Below, piece by piece: positions 1-9,100 of a stretch of DNA of 64,000 nucleotides; position 1 is the stretch's first letter, and each line of letters begins with the position of its first letter. The notes below the pieces were generated by a model, which saw nothing but the letters and a program-made list of their open reading frames with translations, made no database searches and was not told where the DNA came from. The DNA is from Elusimicrobiota bacterium (GTDB lineage: Bacteria > Elusimicrobiota > Elusimicrobia > UBA1565 > UBA9628). Location: assembly GCA_027319565.1 (NCBI GenBank), contig DAHVNA010000004.1, positions 25,522 through 89,521 on the forward strand, read 5' to 3'. Position numbers and translations under genes: made by a program.

Positions 1-595
1 CGACGGACATCAGCTGCGGGGGAGCTTGGCGCACGGCGTCTTGGGCGAATTGGCGGATTTCCGGGTGCTTGGCATATTTTTTTACCAGTTTGCCGAAATT
101 TGGGGAAGCGGACAAGCCCTTTAAAAAGGCGATGGGGTCGTGATTTTTCATGTAATCGTCGTTTAATTTTTTAAGATCCGGATAGCTCATCCAATCGCGT
201 CCGTATTGCCGGATGACGGGGTAGCGTTGGGTATAAGCCATGGAGAGCGCTTGAACCTTTCCCTCGTTGGCGCGGCAAAGAGCGGTAAATTGCGCGGCTA
301 AATTATCGGCCGCAGTCGGCTTCGGTTTTGAAGAGCTAAAAAGCCCTGGAATAACTCCTTTAATCATGTCTAGCCCGGTTTGGCCGGATTGAGAACCGGG
401 AGAAGACGGTGTTGAAGAGGCATTTGTGCCGGTCTCTTGAGGCAAGGAAGTGACGTTAAATTCCGAGCTTGAGACATTAAGCGGGCGATTCTCTTGTTTT
501 GAATAATAAAATATCGCCGCGCCCGCCCCCAAAAAAACAAATAGCGCCAGTAGCCCTAACAGTCCGCTGCTTTTTTTTGTCGGTTGATCTGCCAT
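1..595 (-). CDS. Hypothetical membrane-anchored protein, runs off the left edge (MADQPTKKSSGLLGLLALFVFLGAGAAIFYY...)
   Basis: ATG at 595, 6 nt after the regulator stop; N-terminal TM helix, Ser/Pro/Thr linker, helical domain; frame open to the window edge; absent from the ORF track because it is truncated. Confidence 0.75.
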   Translation of the reverse strand, partial: MADQPTKKSSGLLGLLALFVFLGAGAAIFYYSKQENRPLNVSSSEFNVTSLPQETGTNASSTPSSPGSQSGQTGLDMIKGVIPGLFSSSKPKPTAADNLAAQFTALCRANEGKVQALSMAYTQRYPVIRQYGRDWMSYPDLKKLNDDYMKNHDPIAFLKGLSASPNFGKLVKKYAKHPEIRQFAQDAVRQAPPQLMSV

Positions 596-601
596 TGGAT
601 T

Positions 602-1345
602 TTACGCTCCATCATTTTCTTTTTCCGCGGAGATAATTCCTAGGTCTATTCCTTTGACCACCGCTTCCGTGCGGTTGGTTACGCCGAGCTTTTGGAACAT
701 ATTGTTGAGATGATTTTTAATGGTTTTGACGCTCAGTTCAAGTTTGAGCGCGATTTCTTTGTTTGATTGTCCTCTGCCTAGCAGAGCGAGAATCTTGACT
801 TCCATCCGGGTCAAGGCCACCAAGGGCGAATCGGCGGCGGTGTTGTTTGCTTTTCTCAGGCTGTCCATTAAGCGGCTCATGACCGGTTGTGGAATCATGA
901 CGTTTTTGTTGGCGAAAGCCTTGAGCGCGTTGACTAGCTCATAAGAAGGAAGCATTTTAGACAGGTATCCGTTGGCTCCGGCTTGAATGGCTTCCATCAC
1001 GTGGGATTCGTCTTCAAAAGACGAGAGAATCAGGACATTGGTGCGGGGACATTCCTTATGAATCTGTCGCGCGGCTTGAATTCCGTCCATGTGAGGAAGT
1101 TTGATATCGAGTAGGATGACATTGGGTTTAAGGGTTTTGACCAGCCGGAGGGCTTCTTTGCCGTCGGCTGCCTCTCCGATGACCTCGATTGTTTTTTCAT
1201 CGGCGAGCATGTCTTTAATCCCTTCCCGGAAAAGAGTCTGGTCGTCAGCAATGATCACTCGCACCTTCCCGTTATTTTTCGATGGGTGATTGGTTTTTTT
1301 TGAGGCCGCGGATTTTTTCTTCTTTGCGGATTTTTTGGTTGCCAT
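602..1345 (-). CDS. NarL/FixJ-family response regulator (REC + LuxR HTH) with Lys-rich N-terminal tail
   Basis: VIIADDQ...LLDIKLP receiver motifs; LTRMEVKILALLGRGQSNKEIA...TIKNHLNNMFQKLGV LuxR HTH; start moved to MATKK. Confidence 0.95.
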   Translation of the reverse strand: MATKKSAKKKKSAASKKTNHPSKNNGKVRVIIADDQTLFREGIKDMLADEKTIEVIGEAADGKEALRLVKTLKPNVILLDIKLPHMDGIQAARQIHKECPRTNVLILSSFEDESHVMEAIQAGANGYLSKMLPSYELVNALKAFANKNVMIPQPVMSRLMDSLRKANNTAADSPLVALTRMEVKILALLGRGQSNKEIALKLELSVKTIKNHLNNMFQKLGVTNRTEAVVKGIDLGIISAEKENDGA

Positions 1346-1374
1346 AATAAATGATTTTAACATATTGAATTTAG

Positions 1375-1412
1375 TTCAAACTCAAAATAGTATAATGAAA
1401 TTAGAGTTTGGA
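1375..1412. promoter_or_regulatory. Imperfect inverted repeat bracketing a TATAAT (1391-1396) upstream of htpX; putative operator
   Basis: ttcaaactcaaa ... ttagagtttgga arms; core CAAACTC / GAGTTTG. Confidence 0.45.
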
Positions 1413-1439
1413 TTATTCCAACTGATAGGAGGTGTCAAG

Positions 1440-2339
1440 ATGAAACGGGTCATTCTTTTTATCGCCGTCAATTTGTTGGTCCTTTTGGTGATTTCTTCGG
1501 TCATTAGCCTTTTGGGGCTTAAGCCGTGGTTGGGGGCAAATGGAATTAACTATCAGTCTCTTTTGATCATGTGCGCTCTCTTTGGCTTTGGCGGAGCTTT
1601 CATTTCGCTTCAAATGTCTCGCTGGATGGCGAAAATGTCTTTGGGGGTTCAGGTCATTGATCCGCAGAATCCGCAGGGAGATTTAGAGGCCCAAATTGTG
1701 GCGAAGGTTCGCGGACTTTGTCAGCGCGCCGGGCTTGAAACCTTGCCGGAAATCGGAATATACCAAAGCCCCGAGGTGAACGCTTTTGCCACCGGCCCTA
1801 GCCGCCGCCGCGCGCTACTAGCGATTTCCAGTTCCTTGTTGGAAAATATGGACTCAAGCGCGGTGGACGGAGTTATCGGCCACGAAATATCTCATATCGT
1901 CAACGGCGATATGGTGACGATGACGCTTCTTCAGGGAGTGGTCAACACCTTTGTCATTTTTCTCTCGCAGATTCTGGCTTTTGTCATTGAAAACGCGATA
2001 CAGAAAAGAGAAGACGAACGCGGCGGGCTTGGTTTTATCGCCCAGTTTCTTCTCATTAACGCCTTGGAAACGGTGTTGTTTCTCTTGGCTTCTCCCATCA
2101 TCTATTGGTTTTCGCGGCGGAGAGAATATGCCGCCGATTCCAGCTCGGCTCGTTTGACTAGCCCGCAGACGATGATTCACGCTCTTGAGTCTTTGCAGAC
2201 CACCCTGTCGGGACAAGACAACCGGGCGCCGGCCCTTTCGACTTTTAAAATCAACGGGCATGGCCGAGGCCTGATTGCGGCTCTTTTCGCCAGTCATCCG
2301 CCTTTGGACGCTCGAATCGAAGCGCTTAAGCGGATGTAG
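1440..2339 (+). CDS. htpX: Membrane zinc metalloprotease HtpX (M48)
   Basis: NAFATG, HEISHIVNGDMVTMTLLQGVVNTF, FSRRREYAAD, SHPPLDARIEAL; GGAGGT RBS before ATG 1440. Confidence 0.97.
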   Translation: MKRVILFIAVNLLVLLVISSVISLLGLKPWLGANGINYQSLLIMCALFGFGGAFISLQMSRWMAKMSLGVQVIDPQNPQGDLEAQIVAKVRGLCQRAGLETLPEIGIYQSPEVNAFATGPSRRRALLAISSSLLENMDSSAVDGVIGHEISHIVNGDMVTMTLLQGVVNTFVIFLSQILAFVIENAIQKREDERGGLGFIAQFLLINALETVLFLLASPIIYWFSRRREYAADSSSARLTSPQTMIHALESLQTTLSGQDNRAPALSTFKINGHGRGLIAALFASHPPLDARIEALKRM

Positions 2340-2742
2340 ATTCGCCGAGGCTTTCAAGGACACTCTTGGCCTTGGGCGTGTTTTCTGCCGCGATCAAAAT
2401 GCGGGTTTGATCGCCGCCGATCGAGGTGCCGTAAATCGTGGTGATATTGACGTGATTGTCGGCCAAAGCCTTGGTAATCCTTGACAGCTCTCCTGGTTTG
2501 TCGACCAGTTCAATGGAAAGGAGATTGGTTTCCACGCTGGCAAAACCAGCCTGGGTGAGAATTCCTGAAACATCGGTTCCTTCCGGCACCGCGACTCGGA
2601 CTAGTCCCGAATCATTTGAAATTTCAGAGGCGATCCCGATGAGGTTGACCCCTTGATTGGCGAAAAGCCGCGTCATGGCGGCCAAGGCTCCGGGCCGGTT
2701 CGGCATGAAGATGCTAAATTGCTTAAGGAGTTCGATTCTCAT
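2326..2742 (-). CDS. Tandem ACT-domain protein
   Basis: QFSIFMPNRPGAL and ELVDKPGELSRITKALADNHVNI ACT motifs. Confidence 0.9.
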   Translation of the reverse strand: MRIELLKQFSIFMPNRPGALAAMTRLFANQGVNLIGIASEISNDSGLVRVAVPEGTDVSGILTQAGFASVETNLLSIELVDKPGELSRITKALADNHVNITTIYGTSIGGDQTRILIAAENTPKAKSVLESLGESTSA

Positions 2743-2774
2743 AAGTTTTATTCTATCATAAGAGGCGATAGCTT

Positions 2775-3593
2775 ATGGAACAAGGCGGTTCTTCAGATAA
2801 GACTTTAGCTCCAGCGACAATCAACGAGCGCTTTATCGCTTATGTTTTAGACTTGTCTCCCTTTCTTGTGGGATGCACCCTGAGCTTGTGGGCGATGGCG
2901 CATTCCTATGCCTGGCCTCTTTTCTTGACTCCGTTAAGAGTGGCCGCGCTTTGGATATTGGCCTATGGAATCTATCAGTTTGTGGGCGTTCATAAAGGGG
3001 GAACCATTGGCAAGAGATTGATGGGGATTGCGGTGGTTGATGGAAATGGGCAATATCCGGGTCTTTTGCAGTCCCTGGTTCGGGCCTTTGGGCAAATCTT
3101 GAGTTCAGTATTTTTTAATTTCGGCTTTTGGTTCTCTTTTTTTCGCGCGGATTCAAGAGCCCTTCATGATTTGATGTCGGGAACCTCGGTGATTCAGTCG
3201 CGCCCGAAAAGCAGGATAGAGTCAAATACGCTTTTTATTGCGGCGATCAGCGTTCTTATTTTTGTTTACGGATTTTTGATCCATGGGATATTCTCATCTC
3301 CGGGGCTGGGCAATCGGCAAAAACTAAAGAAATCGGCTGATGCTCTCTATTTGCTCGCTAAAATCGAAGACGATTATAAAGCCCGACATGGAACTTATAC
3401 GGATTCTTTGGCCGACTTAGCGCTTGCTTCCGGCAATGCCGACGAGTTTAGGGCCGCTTTGCGGCGGATGTTCGAGCCCGATCATTTTGAGATGCGCGCG
3501 GGAACCAATGTCTATTGGATTTCCGCGGTTTGTCTGGACCAGCGGCGCACTCGTTTGATTGTCGAAGGTCCTCCGCCGAGGGTTCACCGCTAA
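2775..3593 (+). CDS. RDD-family membrane protein with C-terminal pilin-like domain
   Basis: ERFIAYVLD, GTIGKRLMGIAVV, RALHDLMSGTSV are RDD motifs; C-terminal LAKIEDDYKARHGTYTDSLADL. Confidence 0.85.
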   Translation: MEQGGSSDKTLAPATINERFIAYVLDLSPFLVGCTLSLWAMAHSYAWPLFLTPLRVAALWILAYGIYQFVGVHKGGTIGKRLMGIAVVDGNGQYPGLLQSLVRAFGQILSSVFFNFGFWFSFFRADSRALHDLMSGTSVIQSRPKSRIESNTLFIAAISVLIFVYGFLIHGIFSSPGLGNRQKLKKSADALYLLAKIEDDYKARHGTYTDSLADLALASGNADEFRAALRRMFEPDHFEMRAGTNVYWISAVCLDQRRTRLIVEGPPPRVHR

Positions 3594-4480
3594 TGAAGCT
3601 GGTGATCGCCGGCGGGACGGGTTTTATTGGAGAACGTTTAAGACAGGCGGCGATCTCTAAAGGCCATGAGGTTGTGATCTTATCCCGGCGTTCTCAGCGG
3701 GATTTTCCGGCGGTCGTGTGGGACGCGAAGAGTTCGGGGGAATGGCAGTCCGCCCTTGAAAAAGCCGATGCCGTCGTCAATCTATGCGGAACATCCATCG
3801 TGGAAGGTCGCTGGAATGTGCGCCAGAAAAAACAAATTTATGATAGCCGAATTCTTCCGACTCGCGCCTTGGTCGCGGCCCTTTCCCAGGCGCAAGAAAA
3901 ACCCAAGGCGCTTATCAACGCTTCGGCGATCGGGTTTTATGGAGACCGAGGGGAGGAAGAGCTTGATGAATCTTCAAAGCCGGGCGACGACTTTTTGGCG
4001 AAACTCTGTGTTGATTGGGAACGCGAGGCGTTGATGGCTCAAAGCCTGGGCGTTCGCGCGGTTTGTCTTCGCGTGGGGATGGTTTTGTCAAAGGAGGGCG
4101 GCGCCTTGGGGCGCTTGGCATTTCCCTTTCGCTTAGGCTTGGGCGGGCATTTGGGGAACGGGCGACAATGGATGAGCTGGATTGCCGTTGAAGATCTTTT
4201 GGAGGTGATATTTTCTCTTGTTAATTCCGATCTTCTGGGCCCGGTTAATGCGGTCTCTCCTAACCCTATTCGCAATAGCGATTTTGCGTTGACTCTTTCT
4301 CAAACCCTCAAAAGGCCGGCATGGATTTCCACCCCGAAATGGGTTTTAAACTGCGCTGTGGGCGAAGTTTCTTCGGTGATTTTATCCAGCCAGAGGGCTT
4401 TTCCCAAAAAAATCGCGGCATCGGGCTTTAAATTCCAGTTTGAAGATTTGTCTTCCGCGCTCAATTTTTACTTAAAATAG
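3593..4480 (+). CDS. TIGR01777-family NAD-dependent epimerase (YfcH-like)
   Basis: IAGGTGFIG, ASAIGFYG, LGNGRQWMSWI, GPVNAVSPNP; TAATG overlap with the upstream stop. Confidence 0.95.
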   Translation: MKLVIAGGTGFIGERLRQAAISKGHEVVILSRRSQRDFPAVVWDAKSSGEWQSALEKADAVVNLCGTSIVEGRWNVRQKKQIYDSRILPTRALVAALSQAQEKPKALINASAIGFYGDRGEEELDESSKPGDDFLAKLCVDWEREALMAQSLGVRAVCLRVGMVLSKEGGALGRLAFPFRLGLGGHLGNGRQWMSWIAVEDLLEVIFSLVNSDLLGPVNAVSPNPIRNSDFALTLSQTLKRPAWISTPKWVLNCAVGEVSSVILSSQRAFPKKIAASGFKFQFEDLSSALNFYLK

Positions 4481-4576
4481 ATTTCATTTTTTTATCCTTA
4501 CGAGCCCTTGACTTTACATCAATTGGGCGTTAACCTATTGCCAGGCCTAAAGCCTTAAAAAAGACGTCAAAATAGC

Positions 4577-4616
4577 TAGGCCTTTTGGCGGGGTCTTCTC
4601 TAGGACCTTTGGCCCA
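4577..4616 (+). promoter_or_regulatory. Tandem TAGGnCnnnnGnCC sites upstream of the giant-protein operon
   Basis: taggccttttggcggg (4577) and taggacctttggccca (4601), plus a weaker copy at 4542; TATCCT -10-like hexamer at 4639-4644. Confidence 0.55.
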
Positions 4617-4650
4617 TGCTTTAAAGCCAAAAATGGTTTATCCTAGGAAT

Positions 4651-6183
4651 ATGAAAGAGAAACGGTTTAAGCGTGCATTGGCCTTGATTCTCGCTCTTTG
4701 TTTGGGGCTTTTGTGGCCAGGACAGGCCTATCAGGCTTTAGCCAAGGACGTCGAGGTTGACCCTTTAGTTCAGCCTGTGCCATCTCTTCCCGGGGGCTTA
4801 AACTCAGAGTCTGTCTTGCCCAATCCCTCGGAGAACGAATTTCAATCTTCCCTCTTGCCCCTAGCCTTGCCGGCCTTGGACAAGGAAATTTCCCCGCTGC
4901 CCAATTCCGCCTTGGAAAAAGAGCCTTTGGGCAAGGTTCAAAAAGCGGCAGCCCCCCTATCCAACGCGGGAGAACTGACCGGGAAATTCAATCAGCTTTC
5001 ATCGGTTCAACAGCCAGAGAGTGCGGAACAAAGAGCTCAAAACTCAATTTTAGGGCGTTTAAACTCTCGTCTCTTTGGAAACAAGAAAGCCCCCATTTCC
5101 GGAACCGGAGCTTTTTCCAATAGTTTAAACGCAATCAATCAGCTTTACGACGGCGAAGGCGCGGCTTCTAAAAACCTGCCCCAGGAATCTGTGGCGAGCG
5201 CAAAGGCAGTGGGCGCTTGGCGTTCGGGGCTTAAGAAAGCCGCTCTCATCTCTGGAGCGGCGGGCGCGTCCGCGGCCTTGGCGGTTCCCGCATATGCGCA
5301 AGCCTTGCACCATGTTTCGGCGACTTCCGGCGCGTGGAATTTATTAGCGGCGGGCTGGCCTCTCTTCGCGCGCGGGGCATATTGGGTCAGCATGGTTTTT
5401 GGTTTTATGATGGCGATTCCGGAACTTCATGAGCTGATCAAGAAAAGGAGCTACAACTGGAGAACCTATGGGGTCATTGCGGCCAATTTGATGGTGGGTC
5501 TCATCGTGGCCCCGGCCCAAACTTCGGCGGACAAATTTTTATGGGGTTCGGAGTGTTTGTCGGTTTCCGCGGTTTTGGCGGCGGGAATTATGCTGGCGAA
5601 ATTTCTCCCGAAGGAAAAAACTCGGGAAAAGATTTCGCAGCAGGGCGGTTCTTGGCTCAGGAAATGGTTCGATTCTATTCGCACAGACCGCTCTCTCCAA
5701 ATGACCTTGGCCTTGGCGCCCATTCTCATCGCCTCCGGATTTGGGATGTATTTTGGTCTTGCCGCCTTTATGCCTTCCTTGATTTTGGCGGTTTCACCCG
5801 TTCCATTGTCCTTAATTAGCGCCGGAATTCAGATATTGGTTCAAGGGTTTTACTTGTCTTTATTCGTTCCTGATTTAATGGCGATAAAACGAGGAGAAAA
5901 GCCCTCCGGCTTTGCCCCGGGATTTGTGCTTCTTTTTTGCCTGATCGCCGCCTGCTTTGTTATCTGGGGAGGCACCCAGGCTTTTCAGAATCCGGCCAAA
6001 CACATTGATTTGGTTTTAGTCGCGGCCTCAAACGTGCTCCAGTTCTTGTTTTCTTTCATCACCTACCGCGCGCTTAAACGCCCGGATTCCGGCAAAAACA
6101 CTAAGTCCCAAGATCCTAAGCTGACTGAAAATAATCGAGGAGTTTTTAACGGCGGCCTGATTTCGGTTTCCTGCTACGCATGA
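4651..6183 (+). CDS. Secreted-leader membrane protein with two PQ-loop/SemiSWEET-like repeats
   Basis: Signal peptide, Pro-rich linker, then about 7-8 TM helices; MAIPELHELIKKRS and LFVPDLMAIKRGEKPSG...W...N patterns. Confidence 0.75.
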   Translation: MKEKRFKRALALILALCLGLLWPGQAYQALAKDVEVDPLVQPVPSLPGGLNSESVLPNPSENEFQSSLLPLALPALDKEISPLPNSALEKEPLGKVQKAAAPLSNAGELTGKFNQLSSVQQPESAEQRAQNSILGRLNSRLFGNKKAPISGTGAFSNSLNAINQLYDGEGAASKNLPQESVASAKAVGAWRSGLKKAALISGAAGASAALAVPAYAQALHHVSATSGAWNLLAAGWPLFARGAYWVSMVFGFMMAIPELHELIKKRSYNWRTYGVIAANLMVGLIVAPAQTSADKFLWGSECLSVSAVLAAGIMLAKFLPKEKTREKISQQGGSWLRKWFDSIRTDRSLQMTLALAPILIASGFGMYFGLAAFMPSLILAVSPVPLSLISAGIQILVQGFYLSLFVPDLMAIKRGEKPSGFAPGFVLLFCLIAACFVIWGGTQAFQNPAKHIDLVLVAASNVLQFLFSFITYRALKRPDSGKNTKSQDPKLTENNRGVFNGGLISVSCYA

Positions 6184-9100
6184 TTCCAAAAAAGTTCAAG
6201 AAATTTCTCTGCGCGTTTTTAGCTTTGAGCTTAATCTTGTTGTCTCCGGGAACCCGTTTTTACACCCTTTTAGCCGCCGATACTCCCAAGGAAGACTCTT
6301 CAGATCCCTTGGGAAATCCCCTGTCTCTTCCCAATCAATCCTTGGATCCGTCCGCAGCATTCGAGCTAGGTTCCGAACTTCCTTCGCCCGCGCCTTCCGC
6401 GGCCCCTGTCTTGCCTTTGGCCCCAGGACCCAATCTCCAAGAGACTCAAACAAATAATGAGATCCCGCAAACCAGGCCTCCAATTCCAGCTCAAGCCAGA
6501 CTCGAGGCCTTGCCGCAGGCAAAGGACCAGCCGCCTAAGCAGGTCTCTCAGCCCATGGCCCATTTACAAGAGCAAAACAAACAAAATGAAAAGGCGGATA
6601 GAGAAAGTTTTTCTCCTGAATCCTCCGCTTTGGCCAGCGCGGCCCTTTTTGACGGCGCCGGCAGAATGGGGGGCAGCGGACCGCCCATAGAGCCTCCCGC
6701 AGGTGGGTCTGAAGCGGCTTTGCCTCCGCAATCTCCTAGAGGCCCTCCGGGGGTATCCATTTTCTATGAAAATATCCTCGGCTACCGTAAAGTTGTCGGC
6801 CTCAAACACGATTCTAACCTTTCCCGCCTTCCTCTCAATGCAAAGACGCCCCAGATCATCGATCAAATCTCGCGTCAGTTCCATATATCGCGCGCGCGCG
6901 TTATTGAACTGGCCTCCCATGTCGGCCTTAAAGAAAATTCCCCCAATGCCGAGTGGGATGCCGTCTATTTGGGCCTTCAGAAACTCAATGCCCAGCGCTT
7001 TCAGCATTTTGACGCCCAGAAATATCATCTCGGGTTCCGCCAGATGGCGAATTTGAGCTATGAGACCGGATGGAAAGGGGGGCTTAAGCGATCTTTAGAA
7101 ATTCAAAAACATCTTCTAGGTTTTTTTGCTCGCTTTCCCTACCACCTTTTTGACGTTTTTGTCCTGGGTTACTTCCGGCAAAACATCAGCTATACCTTCG
7201 CTCATTCGACTGAGGATTTCCTAAGTCTTGCCGATGCCGAGGGCGGCTTGGTGGTGGCGACCGAGAACGCGGAGAAGTTTTTCCGCCGGGTTCTGCGCGA
7301 GAGGGCGATATCGGGAAAAGGGGAGACCTTAAGCTCTCGTTTTCTCGCGACTCGTTTGGGGCGGGCGGTGAGAATGTTCGGCCATGTCGCGCCTCTGCCG
7401 CTTCTAGCCTTTTTGAGGCGGCGCTTAATCATGGCCGTCGCTTCGGCGGTCGCGATGGGAATTTTGGGCGCCTTGGCCCCGGGAGTCGCGATTCTGCACT
7501 TGAGTCTTTTATCAATTCCAGTGATGGGCCCGCTTTTGGTCGCGGGCGCCAATAGCTTGCCCGTTTTTATCGCCGGCATTCCCGGTCTTGGGGGAATTTT
7601 CGCGCCGGTCGTGGCTGCTGCCACTGCGGCTTTGATGAAAGATTTGGTTCTCGGACCGCTTTTAAACACCTTCATTCTCTCGACGATTTTTACCTTGCCG
7701 CAATCACTGGATCAGCATCGCCGCCGGCTTGAGGCGGAACATCCCTTGGATTCCATCGGTTGGTCCCAGGCCTTGGCCTCGGCGGTTTTTGCCCGTGAAT
7801 TCTGGAAATTCTTTATTTTGCAGGATCTCAAATTTTTCTTGGGGCTTCTGACGGTGGGGTCCGAGATTCAAGGCATACTTTCTTACGGAACCCAGATTGA
7901 TGCCGGTTTGACTCCGGCTTGGCATGCGGCGACCGGGCATGATTTTCACGGCTTTCACGGGCTTTTTTCGGCTTTTGAAGCTCCGAAGGGTCAAAGCGTG
8001 ATTCCTTTTGGCGGCGCGATCACCTGGGGAAATCTCCTTCTCTACAAGACGGAATCGGCGTTAGGATTTAATCTCTCCGATGCGGTGATGCATGGCTTAA
8101 ACTCTCACACCGCCGGGGCTTCGGCTATAGCGGTGACCAGGGCCGCGTCGGCTCCCGGCAAACCCTTGCCGTTTGATCCCACCCTTTACAAAAAATCTCC
8201 CAAGGAAGTGGAAAAGCGCATTGCTGAGCTCGAAAAATCGGCCGGGAATTTTAAAGATGAGATGGCCTCGGCGCGGGCGCAAGAGTTAAAGCTCAGGAAA
8301 GACTTGGCCTTAGTGCAAAAAGACGAGGCGGGTCTTAAGGCCCAAAATAAGCCTTTGACCGCGACGGAACTTAAAGCCTATCAGGCGCAGTTGGAAAAAT
8401 TAAAACAGGCTCAAAACCAGCGCTATATCCGCTCAAAACTATCGGAAAACCGTGATCTGAACCATCCCCAAAGCGAGGATGAAAGGCTTCATCGCTTGGA
8501 AGAGAAGCTCAACGCCTTGGCTTCACAAACACGGGAAGACCGCATCGGCTATGCCGAGGACAAGGAAATCCATCCGGGAATTTTGAAATCAGTGTTAAGC
8601 AACCTGGATCAAAAAATTGGAATTGACACGGGTAAATCTAAAGACTCTATCTCTCAGGTCAACCCGAAGACTCAGAAAAAAATTGAAGACTTGGTTAAGG
8701 AAATCAAAACCTTACGGACTAATGCCGCGGCGCAGATGAAGATGAGAGACGCGACGACAAAAGTGCTTGAGGTGGTCTCCAAGGCGCGGGATCAGGCCCT
8801 CAAAAATCGCCGGAACGGGCAGGACATGATGAATTTCATTCAAAGCCTTTCCCAGGTTTCGGCGGTGATGGATTTCGCCCTGGGGCTTAGAGAAATTAAC
8901 GCCGCTCAAAATGCCATTGGCGGCATGGAAAACCTGTTAAATACTAATATTCAAAACATCAATCAGTCTCAGGCCTTGTCCCAGCAAAACCAGGCGGCGG
9001 CTCAACAGGCGGAGTCTAATTTACCGGCTTGGCAGCAGGAAGTGACGCAGCAGACCCAGGCCGATCAGGCCCAACAAAATCAACTTTCTTCCGATTTTAC

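Noticed and set aside
1375..1412. CIRCE element upstream of htpX
   Set aside because: Arms and spacing do not match TTAGCACTC-N9-GAGTGCTAA; kept only as a generic inverted repeat
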